A stretch of DNA of 55,316 nt from Sphingomicrobium sp. (GTDB lineage Bacteria > Pseudomonadota > Alphaproteobacteria > Sphingomonadales > Sphingomonadaceae), in assembly GCA_035540655.1 (NCBI GenBank), contig DATLGC010000163.1, positions 1 through 55,316 of the forward strand, given 5' to 3'. A program made the position numbers and the translations under genes. Below, in pieces: positions 16,633-26,246 of the stretch (position 1 is the first letter of the stretch; every line of letters begins with the position of its first letter). The notes under the pieces were generated by a model. It searched no databases and was not told where the DNA came from. It was given only the letters and a program-made list of their open reading frames with translations.

Positions 16633-18846
16633 ATGAACAACAATCTACCAGTCGCCAAGGACGAAGGCACGTGGGTCGTCGACCGCTACGGGCCCGGCAA
16701 CCGGCTCCACCCCGATGAGCCGGGACGGACGGCGCCGAGTGTGCTCGATCTCGCTGCGCTGGTGCGGATCATTACTCACTGGCGCTGGCTCATTTTGAGT
16801 GCGGTCATCCTTGGCATTGCCGCCGCGGTCATCATCACTTTGCTGACGACGCCAATGTACCGCGCTAAAGTGACACTTGAGGTGAACCCGCCGAGCGTTG
16901 AAATTCTTGACGAGAATACGCGCGACCGGGGGATTGCGCAGAGTAATTGGGATTTCGTGGCGACCCAGGTCGGGCTTCTGGCGAGCCGTAGCGTCGCGGA
17001 GCGTGCTGCTCAGGATTTGAATCTCGCCAACAATCCTGAATTCGTCGGCACTGGAGGCGATCCTTCGACCCGCCTGAACATTGCTGCAAGTCGTGTAGCT
17101 GGCGGTCTTCGGGTTCGGGCGCCCGACCAGGGGCAGCTCATCGAGTTCACCTATGAGTCGGAATCTCCGCAACTGGCAGCCCAGGTGGCCAACGCGATCG
17201 CCGAGGCGTTCATCAATTCCAATCTTCAGCGTCGATACGAGGCGTCCGCCTATGCGCGAACTTTTCTCGAGCGTCAGATTGCGAAGACCCGAGGGGACCT
17301 TGAAAGATCGGAACGCCAGCTGGTCAGCTATGCCCAGGCGCAAGGCATCATCAACACCGCGTCCGGGGACTCGGGGGCACCGGGCAGCGACGCCAACTCC
17401 CTCCAGGGACAGTCGCTTGTCGCTCTCAATGATGCGCTAGCGACGGCGACCGCCCGTCGAGTTGCGGCCGAGGGGGCATATCGGGCCGCCAGCGCCGCGG
17501 GGGCAACCACCGAAGTGACCGAAGGCTCCCAGCACCTTCGCCAGGCGCGCGCCGCTCTCGAGGCCGAGTATCAAGAAAAGCGGACGATGATGAAGCCCGA
17601 GCATCCCGAGATGCTGAGCCTGCGCTCGCGCATCGACGAGCTCGGGCGGCAGATTTCGCGGGAGACTTCGCAGGTGACGTCGGCCAGGGTCAATTCGCTG
17701 GCTGCCGAATATCGCGCAGCCGTGGCTGCCGAGCGGGCTTTGCAAGGGCGCGTTGCGGCGCTCAAGGGCTCGGTCCTCGATCTGCGCGGAAGGAGCATTC
17801 AATATACGATCCTGCAGCGCGACGTGGACACCAACAGGGCGCTCTATGATGCCCTTCTCCAACGGTACAAGGAGGTTGGCGTGGCCGGCGGCATAGGCGC
17901 CGCGCCTATTTCGATCGTCGACCGGGCCGAGCCGCCGGGGGGGCCGTTCAAGCCTAACCTGCCGCTTAATCTCGCCTTCGGACTGGGCCTGGGATTGATC
18001 GGCGGTGTCGGAGCGGCCGTGGGCCTCGAGTTCGTCAACGATACGATCAAATCTCGGGACGACGTACGAAACAAGCTTGGGTTGGCCTGTCTCGGTGCTG
18101 TCCCAAAGACCGTCGGCAAGACCAGCTTCGTCGACGACCTTCGCGATCCCGGCTCGATGGTTTCCGAAGCTTATTCGGCGGTCGTGGCGGCACTTCGCTT
18201 CAGCACCGACAGTGGCGTGCCCAAGGCCCTGCTGGTGACCAGCGCACGACCCTCTGAGGGCAAGTCGTCGAGCGCCCTGGCGCTCGCCCAGAATTTCTCG
18301 CGCCGCGGCAAGAAGGTTCTCTTGATCGATGGTGACCTGCGCAAGCCGACGTTCAAGACCGCGTCGGAAAAGACGGGCCTGACGCAATTGCTGACCAATG
18401 AGGATTCGGTCGGCAATCACATCGTACAGACACAGTATGAAAATCTCTGGCTCCTCCCCTGCGGGCCACTTCCGCCAAATCCGGCTGACCTATTGTCGAC
18501 CAACCGGTTCCAGCATGTGCTCCGGGAGGCTTCATCCCATTTTGACCTGGTGATCATCGATGCCCCACCCACCTTGGGGCTGGCCGACGCACCGCTGCTT
18601 TCAGCGGTTACCGGCAATGTGATGTTCGTGATCGAGGCCGGGAAAACGAGAACCTCGGCAGCGCGCGAGGCGATCGAGCGGATCGAGTCGTCGGGCGCCC
18701 ATATCATCGGCGCGACCCTGACCAAGGCGACCGAATCCGGTGGCTATGGCTACAAGAACTACGGCTATGGCTATGGCTATGGTTACGGCAAGGTCGGAAC
18801 AAAGCAGAACGAGATCCAGATGATTCCGCAAGGGTCGGATAGCTGA
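16633..18846 (+). CDS. Polysaccharide co-polymerase / tyrosine autokinase (Wzc-like)
   Basis: Two TMs around a coiled periplasmic region; SEGKS Walker A, LLIDGDLRKP, IIDAPP; C-terminal Tyr cluster. Confidence 0.92.
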   Translation: MNNNLPVAKDEGTWVVDRYGPGNRLHPDEPGRTAPSVLDLAALVRIITHWRWLILSAVILGIAAAVIITLLTTPMYRAKVTLEVNPPSVEILDENTRDRGIAQSNWDFVATQVGLLASRSVAERAAQDLNLANNPEFVGTGGDPSTRLNIAASRVAGGLRVRAPDQGQLIEFTYESESPQLAAQVANAIAEAFINSNLQRRYEASAYARTFLERQIAKTRGDLERSERQLVSYAQAQGIINTASGDSGAPGSDANSLQGQSLVALNDALATATARRVAAEGAYRAASAAGATTEVTEGSQHLRQARAALEAEYQEKRTMMKPEHPEMLSLRSRIDELGRQISRETSQVTSARVNSLAAEYRAAVAAERALQGRVAALKGSVLDLRGRSIQYTILQRDVDTNRALYDALLQRYKEVGVAGGIGAAPISIVDRAEPPGGPFKPNLPLNLAFGLGLGLIGGVGAAVGLEFVNDTIKSRDDVRNKLGLACLGAVPKTVGKTSFVDDLRDPGSMVSEAYSAVVAALRFSTDSGVPKALLVTSARPSEGKSSSALALAQNFSRRGKKVLLIDGDLRKPTFKTASEKTGLTQLLTNEDSVGNHIVQTQYENLWLLPCGPLPPNPADLLSTNRFQHVLREASSHFDLVIIDAPPTLGLADAPLLSAVTGNVMFVIEAGKTRTSAAREAIERIESSGAHIIGATLTKATESGGYGYKNYGYGYGYGYGKVGTKQNEIQMIPQGSDS
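18742..18789 (+). repeat. Imperfect GGCTAT tandem repeat encoding the Wzc Tyr cluster (GYGYKNYGYGYGYGYG)
   Basis: Directly visible hexamer repeat. Confidence 0.85.
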
Positions 18847-18934
18847 TCGCACCAGCGGGCGGGGGGCAGTTATTCGCGCGATCCTGATCCTGATCCTGAC
18901 AATACTTGTCGCCGGCCATTCAGTCCGATCGGCG

Positions 18935-20044
18935 ATGGTTGCGGAATATGCCTCGAGCGACCTGGAGAAGGCCGGACGGTTCTGGCCTGGGCATCCCAAT
19001 GTGACATTGAATCGGGCACTGGCGGGGATTGCCGGGGCGGCCGCAGCCGGTGAATCGCCGGGTGAGACCCTGGTGGCGTCGGGCATTGCGACGTCGCGCA
19101 AGGCGCCGCTCGCAGCCGGTCCTTTCCTGATCCGAGGTGCTCAGGCCCAGCTAGCGGGCAACCGGCCCGCTGCGGAGCGGTCCTTCCTCGAAGCGCGACG
19201 CCGCGATCCAAGGGCTCCAGCCACGCGCTATTTCCTCGCGGAATATTATCTGCAGGCCGGCCGCATCGGTGAAGGCCTCCAGGAACTATCGGTCCTTGCG
19301 AACCTGGTTCCCGGAGGAGCAAATAATCTCGCGCCATTTCTTGCCACCTTTGCCCGAACGAAGGGCGCGAGCGCGCAGCTGCGGCAGCTATTCCATTCCG
19401 ATCCGCACCTCGAAGCGAGCGTGCTGGGCGAGCTGGCCAAGGACGTCGGCAACGCCCGCCTGATTCTGTCAATCGCCAGCCCGCGGGCATTCGCCCAGGA
19501 CCGTCGCGGCGAATGGCTTCCGTCCCTGCTCGACGGACTAGTCGGGAAAGGCGATTTTGCCGCCGCCCATCAACTTTGGCGGCGCGCTTCCGGAGTGCGC
19601 AGTCATCAGGGGATCTTCGATCCGGCGTTCCAGGGCAATCCCGCTCCGCCGCCGTTCAACTGGAATTTCGCGGCCGGTGGCGTAGGCTTTGCCGAACCTA
19701 CCGGTGACGGCGGTCTTCGGGCGATCTTCTACGGCCGGGATAATGCGGTGCTTGCCAGCCAGACCTTGTTGCTCCGGCCGGGCCGGTACCGACTGTCGAT
19801 GAAGGCGAGCGGATCCCGCGATTCAGCCAGCCTGATAAGATGGTCGATCACCTGCCTTCCGAGCGGGACTCAACTGCTGTCTCTGCCACTTTCGGTCAAT
19901 CCGGGCGAAACTCTGTCGGGCAGCTTCGAAGTGCCCCAGGGGTGCCGAGCGCAGCGGTTGGAGCTGGTCGGCACGGCACCCGAATTCCCGCAACAGGCCG
20001 ACGTCATCGTGTCGGATTTGCAGCTCGCTGGACCGGGCGGTTGA
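18935..20044 (+). CDS. TPR-like protein with C-terminal beta-sandwich, associated with wza/wzc (true start probably upstream)
   Basis: Helical repeat-like segment (FLEARRRDPRAPATRYFLAEYY); PPPFNW motif; open frame extends to about 18839 through a hydrophobic stretch. Confidence 0.7.
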   Translation: MVAEYASSDLEKAGRFWPGHPNVTLNRALAGIAGAAAAGESPGETLVASGIATSRKAPLAAGPFLIRGAQAQLAGNRPAAERSFLEARRRDPRAPATRYFLAEYYLQAGRIGEGLQELSVLANLVPGGANNLAPFLATFARTKGASAQLRQLFHSDPHLEASVLGELAKDVGNARLILSIASPRAFAQDRRGEWLPSLLDGLVGKGDFAAAHQLWRRASGVRSHQGIFDPAFQGNPAPPPFNWNFAAGGVGFAEPTGDGGLRAIFYGRDNAVLASQTLLLRPGRYRLSMKASGSRDSASLIRWSITCLPSGTQLLSLPLSVNPGETLSGSFEVPQGCRAQRLELVGTAPEFPQQADVIVSDLQLAGPGG

Positions 20045-20178
20045 CCGGTTCATGCCGGAGTCACCTTTTATGGAGCGAATCGCCGCCAAAACAGTTACAA
20101 TTGCGGTGGGTTGCTGGCGGGACGGGCTCGCCTTGCCGACCGTAGCGATTTTCCTCGTGGTAATTCGGAGGGACCATC

Positions 20179-20571
20179 ATGACAGGTTCGATTGTCGGTA
20201 AAGCGTTTGGTGCCATTGCTCTGGCTGCGGCGTCGGTGTCGCCCGCCTTTGCGCAGGCTTGGGTGCCTGGGTCAGAGATCGTCGGCCATTCGGCCCAGGT
20301 CCAGACCAGGGGCGTGGTGAATACGGTTCACTTTGATCCGGGCGGAGCTGCCAGGATCGTCTCGCCCGGCGGCAATGTCGTTAACGGCACCTGGTCGGCG
20401 TCTGGCGGAATGCTTTGCCTTCACGCCGGCGGCGCGCAGGAGTGCTGGCCTTATGCCAGGGCGTTCCAGCCAGGGCAGCCGATGACCTTGACGAGCACCT
20501 GCCAGGTTTCTTCGACCTGGATGGCGATGTCGACGAACCAGCCAATGGCAAGGCCGGGCGAGCGCGGCTGA
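20179..20571 (+). CDS. Secreted hypothetical protein
   Basis: GGAGG SD; signal peptide ending AFA; GTW..LC..EC pattern. Confidence 0.75.
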   Translation: MTGSIVGKAFGAIALAAASVSPAFAQAWVPGSEIVGHSAQVQTRGVVNTVHFDPGGAARIVSPGGNVVNGTWSASGGMLCLHAGGAQECWPYARAFQPGQPMTLTSTCQVSSTWMAMSTNQPMARPGERG

Positions 20572-20617
20572 CGCGCTCACCGCGCCCTATTTCATGGGCG
20601 CGAAATCTGCCGAATAG

Positions 20618-20653
20618 ACGAGAGCCGGGTGGCGCTAGCCCCCCGGCTCTCGT
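20618..20653 (+). terminator. Perfect 12-bp hairpin, possible terminator of 20179-20571
   Basis: ACGAGAGCCGGG / CCCGGCTCTCGT inverted repeat followed by TATT. Confidence 0.5.
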
Positions 20654-20695
20654 TATTCCAGACCCCCGTTTGATCCCCGCAGCCATTGAGGACAC

Positions 20696-20727
20696 AAAAA
20701 ATCCGCCCGCGCCGGGGCGCGAGCGGA
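20696..20727 (-). terminator. Intrinsic terminator of 20754-21176
   Basis: GC-rich stem followed by T6 on the minus strand. Confidence 0.75.
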
Positions 20728-20753
20728 CTTTCGTCTTCCAATCTGGAAGTGAA

Positions 20754-21176
20754 TTACGGGCTGATCGGGGTCAGGTCGCGCTCACGGTTATTGTCCAGCG
20801 CGAACAAGAGCACAGCTCCGGTCACTGCGGCGAGGCCGAGAAGCAGGGGCCAAATGCCGATGCCAGCTGGGGCTACGGCGGGAAGCGGCGGCGGCGGAGC
20901 CGGCTCGAAAGCCACCGGAGCCGCATCGGCGACCGGAAGCACGCAGCCCTGGCCGGCAGCCTGGGCGACCGCCGCGCCCTGAGCTGCGGTCGCCGCCCCT
21001 GCGGCGCATAGCGAAGTCACCGCCGCGGGCGTCCCGAACGCGCTCAGTGCAACCCAAGGGCTGACCGAGGTCGGGGCTGGGGCGGCAGCGGCCGAGGCCT
21101 GGGCCGCCGTTGAACTTAAGAGTAGCGCTCCCGACAAAAGAGCTGCTGCAATCGGCTTAGGCCTAACGGAACTCAT
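20754..21176 (-). CDS. Hypothetical Ala/Pro-rich secreted protein with C-terminal membrane anchor
   Basis: GGAG SD; signal peptide; two Cys; PAPPPPLP linker; TM IWPLLLGLAAVTGAVLLFAL. Confidence 0.75.
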   Translation of the reverse strand: MSSVRPKPIAAALLSGALLLSSTAAQASAAAAPAPTSVSPWVALSAFGTPAAVTSLCAAGAATAAQGAAVAQAAGQGCVLPVADAAPVAFEPAPPPPLPAVAPAGIGIWPLLLGLAAVTGAVLLFALDNNRERDLTPISP

Positions 21177-21399
21177 CCACTGTCTCCCTAACGCAGTGAG
21201 TGTCTTAGCAAATTATCTCCGCTTGGGACAAGACTTCCCCCAAGTTGATATGATTCACCGCCCGGGGGCGGCTTTTGCCAGCTTCAATGGAACACCTAAA
21301 ATCGACTTAAGTTGCGCCGAAACGGTGAAAATAACAACAACGGCGTACATTCGCCAATAACAAGCTTCGATGTGCTGCAATCGTGCAACAAGGACCCCA

Positions 21400-21753
21400 A
21401 TGCTAACGTACTGGAACGAAGCGAAAATTTTCGTCGATCGAACCGCGAGCGTTAGCATGGACGTGCTGCACGTGATTGCGGGCGTGATCCTTCTCATCTT
21501 CTTTGCGATCCTCCTGCGCCGGTCACTGGCGAGCTGGCTCCCGTGGTTCGCTGTCCTGCTGGTCGCGGTAGTCAACGAGCTGCTCGACCTTTCCATCGAG
21601 GCCTGGCCGAACCGTTCAGAGCAGTTCGGCGAATCGGCAAAGGACGTGCTCCTCACCATTTTCCTGCCGACGGTGTTGGTGCTCACCGCCCGGTTTCTCC
21701 CAGACGTAATGGCGGCACGGGACGCATCTACTCGTCAAGATCTCGCCGACTGA
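21400..21753 (+). CDS. Small hypothetical membrane protein
   Basis: AAGGA SD before ATG 21400; three hydrophobic segments. Confidence 0.65.
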   Translation: MLTYWNEAKIFVDRTASVSMDVLHVIAGVILLIFFAILLRRSLASWLPWFAVLLVAVVNELLDLSIEAWPNRSEQFGESAKDVLLTIFLPTVLVLTARFLPDVMAARDASTRQDLAD

Positions 21754-21770
21754 GACGGTTGACTGGATGA

Positions 21771-23045
21771 TCAAAGTTCGGCGGGCGGCGCAGGAACCGG
21801 TTCGCTATCGATCCGCGGAAGCGAGGCAAACAGTCGCTTGGGTTCGGTTACCGCAACCAACAGGATGGCCGCGCCTGCACAGACCGCAACCCCCCACAGG
21901 AAGGGCTGTACCGTGCCGTCGAACGCTTGGCCTATGGCAAAGCCGATCACCGCGCCGCCGATCGTTCCGATCACCCCCTGGACCGAGGAGGCGGTGCCGG
22001 CGATCGGCGCCATATGCTCCATCGCCAGCGTGCTGACGTTTGCCGACGTGAAGGCAAAGCAAATCATCGCCAGCCCCTGCATGACAATGAACACGGGCAG
22101 GGTGACCAGCCCGGCCCCGCCCAGCAGGGCATGGGCGAACGTCACCAGCCCGAAACCGGCCACTCCGATATGGCCGACCCGTCGAAGCCCGAAGCGGCCG
22201 ACGATCCGCGAGTTGGTCCACGAGGCCAAAGCCATCGGCGCGGCAATCATCGCGAACACCAATCCGATAAGCTCGCCGGCGCCGAAAGCGTCGAACACGA
22301 TCTGCTGGATGGAGGCGATATAAGCGGTGAGCGTGCCGAATGTCGCTGTGAGCGCCAGCGTGTAGCCGAGCGATTGGCGATCGGCGAGGGTAGCCCAGGT
22401 CGCGGCGGCCATGTCTCTGGGCGCCAGCGTTCGGCGGTACTCCGGGTTGAGGGTTTCCGGCAGCCGCATCCATGACCAGACCAGCATGATAATGCCGTAA
22501 GCGGCGAGAACGACGAAGATCACTCGCCACGGCGCCACCAGCAGGATTGCCTGGCCGATGGTCGGGGCCAGCACCGGCACCACCATGAACACCATGAACA
22601 CCAGGCTCATGATCCGCGCCATTGCCTCGCCCTGGAACAGGTCGCGGACCATGGCGACGATCAGCACCCGTGTGACCGCGGCGAACGCACCCTGCAGTGC
22701 CCGGGCGGCTATGAGCAGCGCAAAGCTCCCCGCCAGCCCGCACAGCAATGCGAATGCGGCATAGAGCGCCACGCCGGTGGCGAGCACCGGCTTTCGCCCG
22801 AAGCGATCGGCGAGCGGACCCCAGATCAGCTGGGTCGAGCCGAACCCCAGCATATATGCGATGACCACCAGTTGGCGCTGGTTTTCGTCCGATACGCCGA
22901 GGTCGGCGCCCATCGCCGGAAGCGCCGGGATCATGATGTCGATGGCAAGGGCGTTGAGCGCCATCAGTCCGGCTAGCATGACCACGGTCTCGCGCTGGCC
23001 GGGACGGGTCGCGGAGGTCGGCGCAGCGATCGAGGAAAAGGGCAT
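21771..23045 (-). CDS. Bcr/CflA family MFS efflux transporter
   Basis: AIDIMIPALP, GPLADRFGRKP, LPETL; about 12 TMs. Confidence 0.92.
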   Translation of the reverse strand: MPFSSIAAPTSATRPGQRETVVMLAGLMALNALAIDIMIPALPAMGADLGVSDENQRQLVVIAYMLGFGSTQLIWGPLADRFGRKPVLATGVALYAAFALLCGLAGSFALLIAARALQGAFAAVTRVLIVAMVRDLFQGEAMARIMSLVFMVFMVVPVLAPTIGQAILLVAPWRVIFVVLAAYGIIMLVWSWMRLPETLNPEYRRTLAPRDMAAATWATLADRQSLGYTLALTATFGTLTAYIASIQQIVFDAFGAGELIGLVFAMIAAPMALASWTNSRIVGRFGLRRVGHIGVAGFGLVTFAHALLGGAGLVTLPVFIVMQGLAMICFAFTSANVSTLAMEHMAPIAGTASSVQGVIGTIGGAVIGFAIGQAFDGTVQPFLWGVAVCAGAAILLVAVTEPKRLFASLPRIDSEPVPAPPAEL

Positions 23046-23185
23046 CCGCCCGTGCTGGCGCAAGCGGGCTCGACCTGCAACTGGGACACAAGGCTGTTAA
23101 GCGCGAAGCGGCCTGACTGCACTCTGCCCCTTGCGGGCTTTTGCGCCTGCTCTACTGATAGGTCGAAGCCGAGAGGGGAGCGCCG

Positions 23186-24421
23186 ATGAGGACCTGGTTC
23201 GCAATTCCGCTGTGGCAGCGGGTCGTCGGAGCGCTGATTCTCGGCCTGGTCGTCGGTCTGCTCTGGGGCCCGGGCGCCGAGACGATCAAATGGGTCGGCG
23301 ATCTTTTCATCCGAGCCATCCGAATGCTTGTCGTTCCACTGATCTTCTTTTCGCTCGTCGCCGGGGTCGTCTCGATCGGCGATCTGAAGAAGCTGGGCGG
23401 TATCGGCGGGCGGGCGATTGGCATCTTCCTCTTCACCGGTCTCATTGCGGTCGTGGTCGGACTGCTGCTGGGAACGATCATCCAGCCCGGCGCGGGCCTG
23501 AACATCGCTCCGACCGGCGAGATTCCCGAGGCGGCTGCCACGCCGCTGACGTTCGTCGACATGGTCCTGTCCATGGTGCCGCCCAACATCGTCTCGGCGA
23601 TGGCGAACATGGAGGTGCTGCCGATGATCGTCTTCGCGATCCTGTTCGGAATCGCCATCCTGATGGCGGGCGAGGCCGGCGCGCCCATCGGCCGGGCAAT
23701 GGATGCGGGCGCCCTCGTCATGCAGAAGATGACCGCGATCGTCATGGAGCTGACACCGTTCGGAGTCTTCGCCCTGATGGCCTGGGTGGCGGGAACCTAC
23801 GGCATGGACGCGCTGCTGCCGCTCGCGCAGCTCGTCGGCGCTTTATACCTCGGCTGTCTGATCATGATCTTCCTTGTCTATGGTGGGCTCGTGAAGTTCG
23901 TCGCCAAATTGCCGGCGCGCCACTTCTATCGCGGCGTCGCCGACGCCATGGCGGTCGCCTATTCCACCTCCTCGTCGGCGGCGACCCTGCCGGTCACCTT
24001 GCGGGTCACCCAGCAGAATCTCGGTGTGTCGCGGCGGGTGTCGAGCTTCATCGTCTCGCTTGGAGCGACGGTGAACATGGATGGCACCGCGCTTTATCTC
24101 GGCCTGGCCGCAGTGTTCGGCGCGCAGATTTTCGGCATCACGCTCGGACCCATGGAATATGTGATGATCGCGATTACCGCGACTCTCGGAGCGATCGGCG
24201 CGGCAGGTATCCCCAGCGCCGGCCTGGTGATGATGGGACTGGTGTTCACAAGCGTCGGCGTGCCTCTCGAGACCATCGCCTTCGTCGCCGGCATCGACCG
24301 GATCATGGACATGATGCGAACGACGACCAATGTGACCGGCGATGCCACCGTCGCGGTGGCCGTCGCCCGGATGACAGGCGAGCTCAACGTCGAGGAGTTC
24401 GTCTCGGCCGACGACGTCTAG
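23186..24421 (+). CDS. Dicarboxylate/amino acid:cation symporter (DAACS)
   Basis: STSSSAATLP, GATVNMDGT, DMMRTTTNVTGD. Confidence 0.93.
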   Translation: MRTWFAIPLWQRVVGALILGLVVGLLWGPGAETIKWVGDLFIRAIRMLVVPLIFFSLVAGVVSIGDLKKLGGIGGRAIGIFLFTGLIAVVVGLLLGTIIQPGAGLNIAPTGEIPEAAATPLTFVDMVLSMVPPNIVSAMANMEVLPMIVFAILFGIAILMAGEAGAPIGRAMDAGALVMQKMTAIVMELTPFGVFALMAWVAGTYGMDALLPLAQLVGALYLGCLIMIFLVYGGLVKFVAKLPARHFYRGVADAMAVAYSTSSSAATLPVTLRVTQQNLGVSRRVSSFIVSLGATVNMDGTALYLGLAAVFGAQIFGITLGPMEYVMIAITATLGAIGAAGIPSAGLVMMGLVFTSVGVPLETIAFVAGIDRIMDMMRTTTNVTGDATVAVAVARMTGELNVEEFVSADDV

Positions 24422-24474
24422 GCGGGCGCAGTGCTTGACCTTCATTGCCGGCACCGCAAAGCGACGACTTCGTG

Positions 24475-25452
24475 ATGGGCGCTGCTGACGGAAATCCGTC
24501 GATAATCGACTTCGGGCGCGAAATCTTGCGCGACGAGGCGCGCGCCTTGGATGCGCTTGCCGACAGCCTTGGCGAGCAGTTCGAGAGGGCAGTCGCACTG
24601 ATCCTCGATTGCGGTGGAAAAATCCTCGTCGGCGGTCTCGGTAAATCGGGCCACATCGGCCGGAAGATTGCCGCGACCTTCGCTTCGACCGGCACGACCG
24701 CCACCTTCCTCCATCTCGCCGAGGCGATTCACGGCGACCTTGGGATCGCCGCCCAGGGGGATGTCGCGCTGCTGATCTCGCAAAGTGGGGCGACCGCCGA
24801 GCTGGAACCGGTCATCGGCCATTTCCAGCTGGTGGGAATCCCGATCATCGCCATCACGGGCAATAGCGGATCGATGTTGGCCGAGGCCGCGGCCGCGCCC
24901 TTGGTCCTTCCCCATTGGCACGAAGTGGGCCCCGAGGCCGTGGCGCCGACGACTTCGACGACGATGACCCTGGCGCTGGGCGATGCCCTGGCGATGACCG
25001 TGATGCGCCAGAAGGGCTTTTCGCGAACCGATTTCGGCCGGCTGCACCCGGGCGGCTCGCTTGGGGCGCGGCTCAAGCCGGTGCGGCGGGTGATGCACAG
25101 CGGGAACGAGCTTCCGCTGACCAGCCGTGACAGCTCGATGCACGAAGCCTTAGTCGAGATGACCGCCAAACGGCTCGGCCTTGTCGGCGTGGTTGATGGC
25201 GAGGGCTGCCTTGTCGGAGTTATCACCGACGGCGATCTGCGCCGCAATATCGAGCGCGGGCTCGACCTGCCGGCGTCCGAATATATGACGCGCGACCCGA
25301 AGACGATCGGGCCGGACGCCCTGATCGACGACGCGCTCACTTTGTTCGAGGAGCATCGGATCACGCAACTCTTCGTCGTCGAGGCCGCTGACGACGGGCG
25401 GCGACGCCCGGTCGGAGTGCTTCACATCCACGATTGCCCAGCGGCCCGATGA
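24475..25452 (+). CDS. kdsD: Arabinose-5-phosphate isomerase (KpsF/GutQ/KdsD)
   Basis: GKSGHIGRKIAAT, HGDLG, APTTST, HPGGSLG, CBS pair. Confidence 0.9.
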   Translation: MGAADGNPSIIDFGREILRDEARALDALADSLGEQFERAVALILDCGGKILVGGLGKSGHIGRKIAATFASTGTTATFLHLAEAIHGDLGIAAQGDVALLISQSGATAELEPVIGHFQLVGIPIIAITGNSGSMLAEAAAAPLVLPHWHEVGPEAVAPTTSTTMTLALGDALAMTVMRQKGFSRTDFGRLHPGGSLGARLKPVRRVMHSGNELPLTSRDSSMHEALVEMTAKRLGLVGVVDGEGCLVGVITDGDLRRNIERGLDLPASEYMTRDPKTIGPDALIDDALTLFEEHRITQLFVVEAADDGRRRPVGVLHIHDCPAAR

Positions 25453-26246
25453 AGGTCGCCATCCTCATCCCGGCGCGCTTCGCTTCGTCGCGCTATCCGG
25501 GAAAACCGCTTGTCGAAATAAGGGGCGCGGACGGCGCGTCCAAGCCACTGATCCAGCGCAGCTTCGAAGCTGCAGAGCGGGTGCGCGGCGTCGATTCAGT
25601 CCACGTGGTCACCGACGACGATCGGATCGCCGATGCTGCCAAGGGCTTCGGGGCCTCCGCCATCATGACTTCGTCGGACTGCCGCAACGGCACCGAGCGC
25701 TGCGCCGAGGGATTGGCGCAACTTGAAAGCGTCGATCTGATCGTGAACTTCCAGGGCGATGCATTGCTGACTCCGCCGGCGTTCGTCGAAGCCTTGGTTG
25801 AACGCATGCGCCTCGATCGCGGCTCGGCCGTCGCTACGCCGGCCCTGCGCCTTCGAAGCGAGGACGTGCGCGCGCTCCAGGCCGAAGAGCGGCTGGGGCG
25901 CGTTGGCGGGACCAGCGTCGTCGTCGACGCTGGTGGCCGGGCCTTATATTTCTCCAAGCGCCTGATCCCGCACCTCCCGCCCGGATCGCTCGACGCGCAG
26001 CTGTCGCCGGTCCGACTGCACGTCGGGGTCTACGCCTACCGCCCCGAAGCGCTGCACCGTTACCTGGCCGCTCCGGTCAGCGAGCTGGAGACGCTGGAAG
26101 GCCTCGAGCAATTGCGATTCCTCGTCGCCGGCATCCCCATCGCGGTGGTGGAAGTCGAGACACCACCCTTCGCCTTGCGCGAATTGAACAACCCCGAGGA
26201 TGTCGAGCCGATCGAGCAGGCGCTGGCGGCGGCCGGCATCGAGTGA
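25449..26246 (+). CDS. kdsB: CMP-Kdo synthetase
   Basis: IPARFASSRYPGKPL, NGTERC, NFQGD, ALYFSK, EGLEQLRFL. Confidence 0.93.
   Translation: MKVAILIPARFASSRYPGKPLVEIRGADGASKPLIQRSFEAAERVRGVDSVHVVTDDDRIADAAKGFGASAIMTSSDCRNGTERCAEGLAQLESVDLIVNFQGDALLTPPAFVEALVERMRLDRGSAVATPALRLRSEDVRALQAEERLGRVGGTSVVVDAGGRALYFSKRLIPHLPPGSLDAQLSPVRLHVGVYAYRPEALHRYLAAPVSELETLEGLEQLRFLVAGIPIAVVEVETPPFALRELNNPEDVEPIEQALAAAGIE

Noticed and set aside
21771-23045. MFS pump as the lasso exporter
   Set aside because: It is 11 kb away, on the opposite strand, and an ordinary Bcr/CflA family member.
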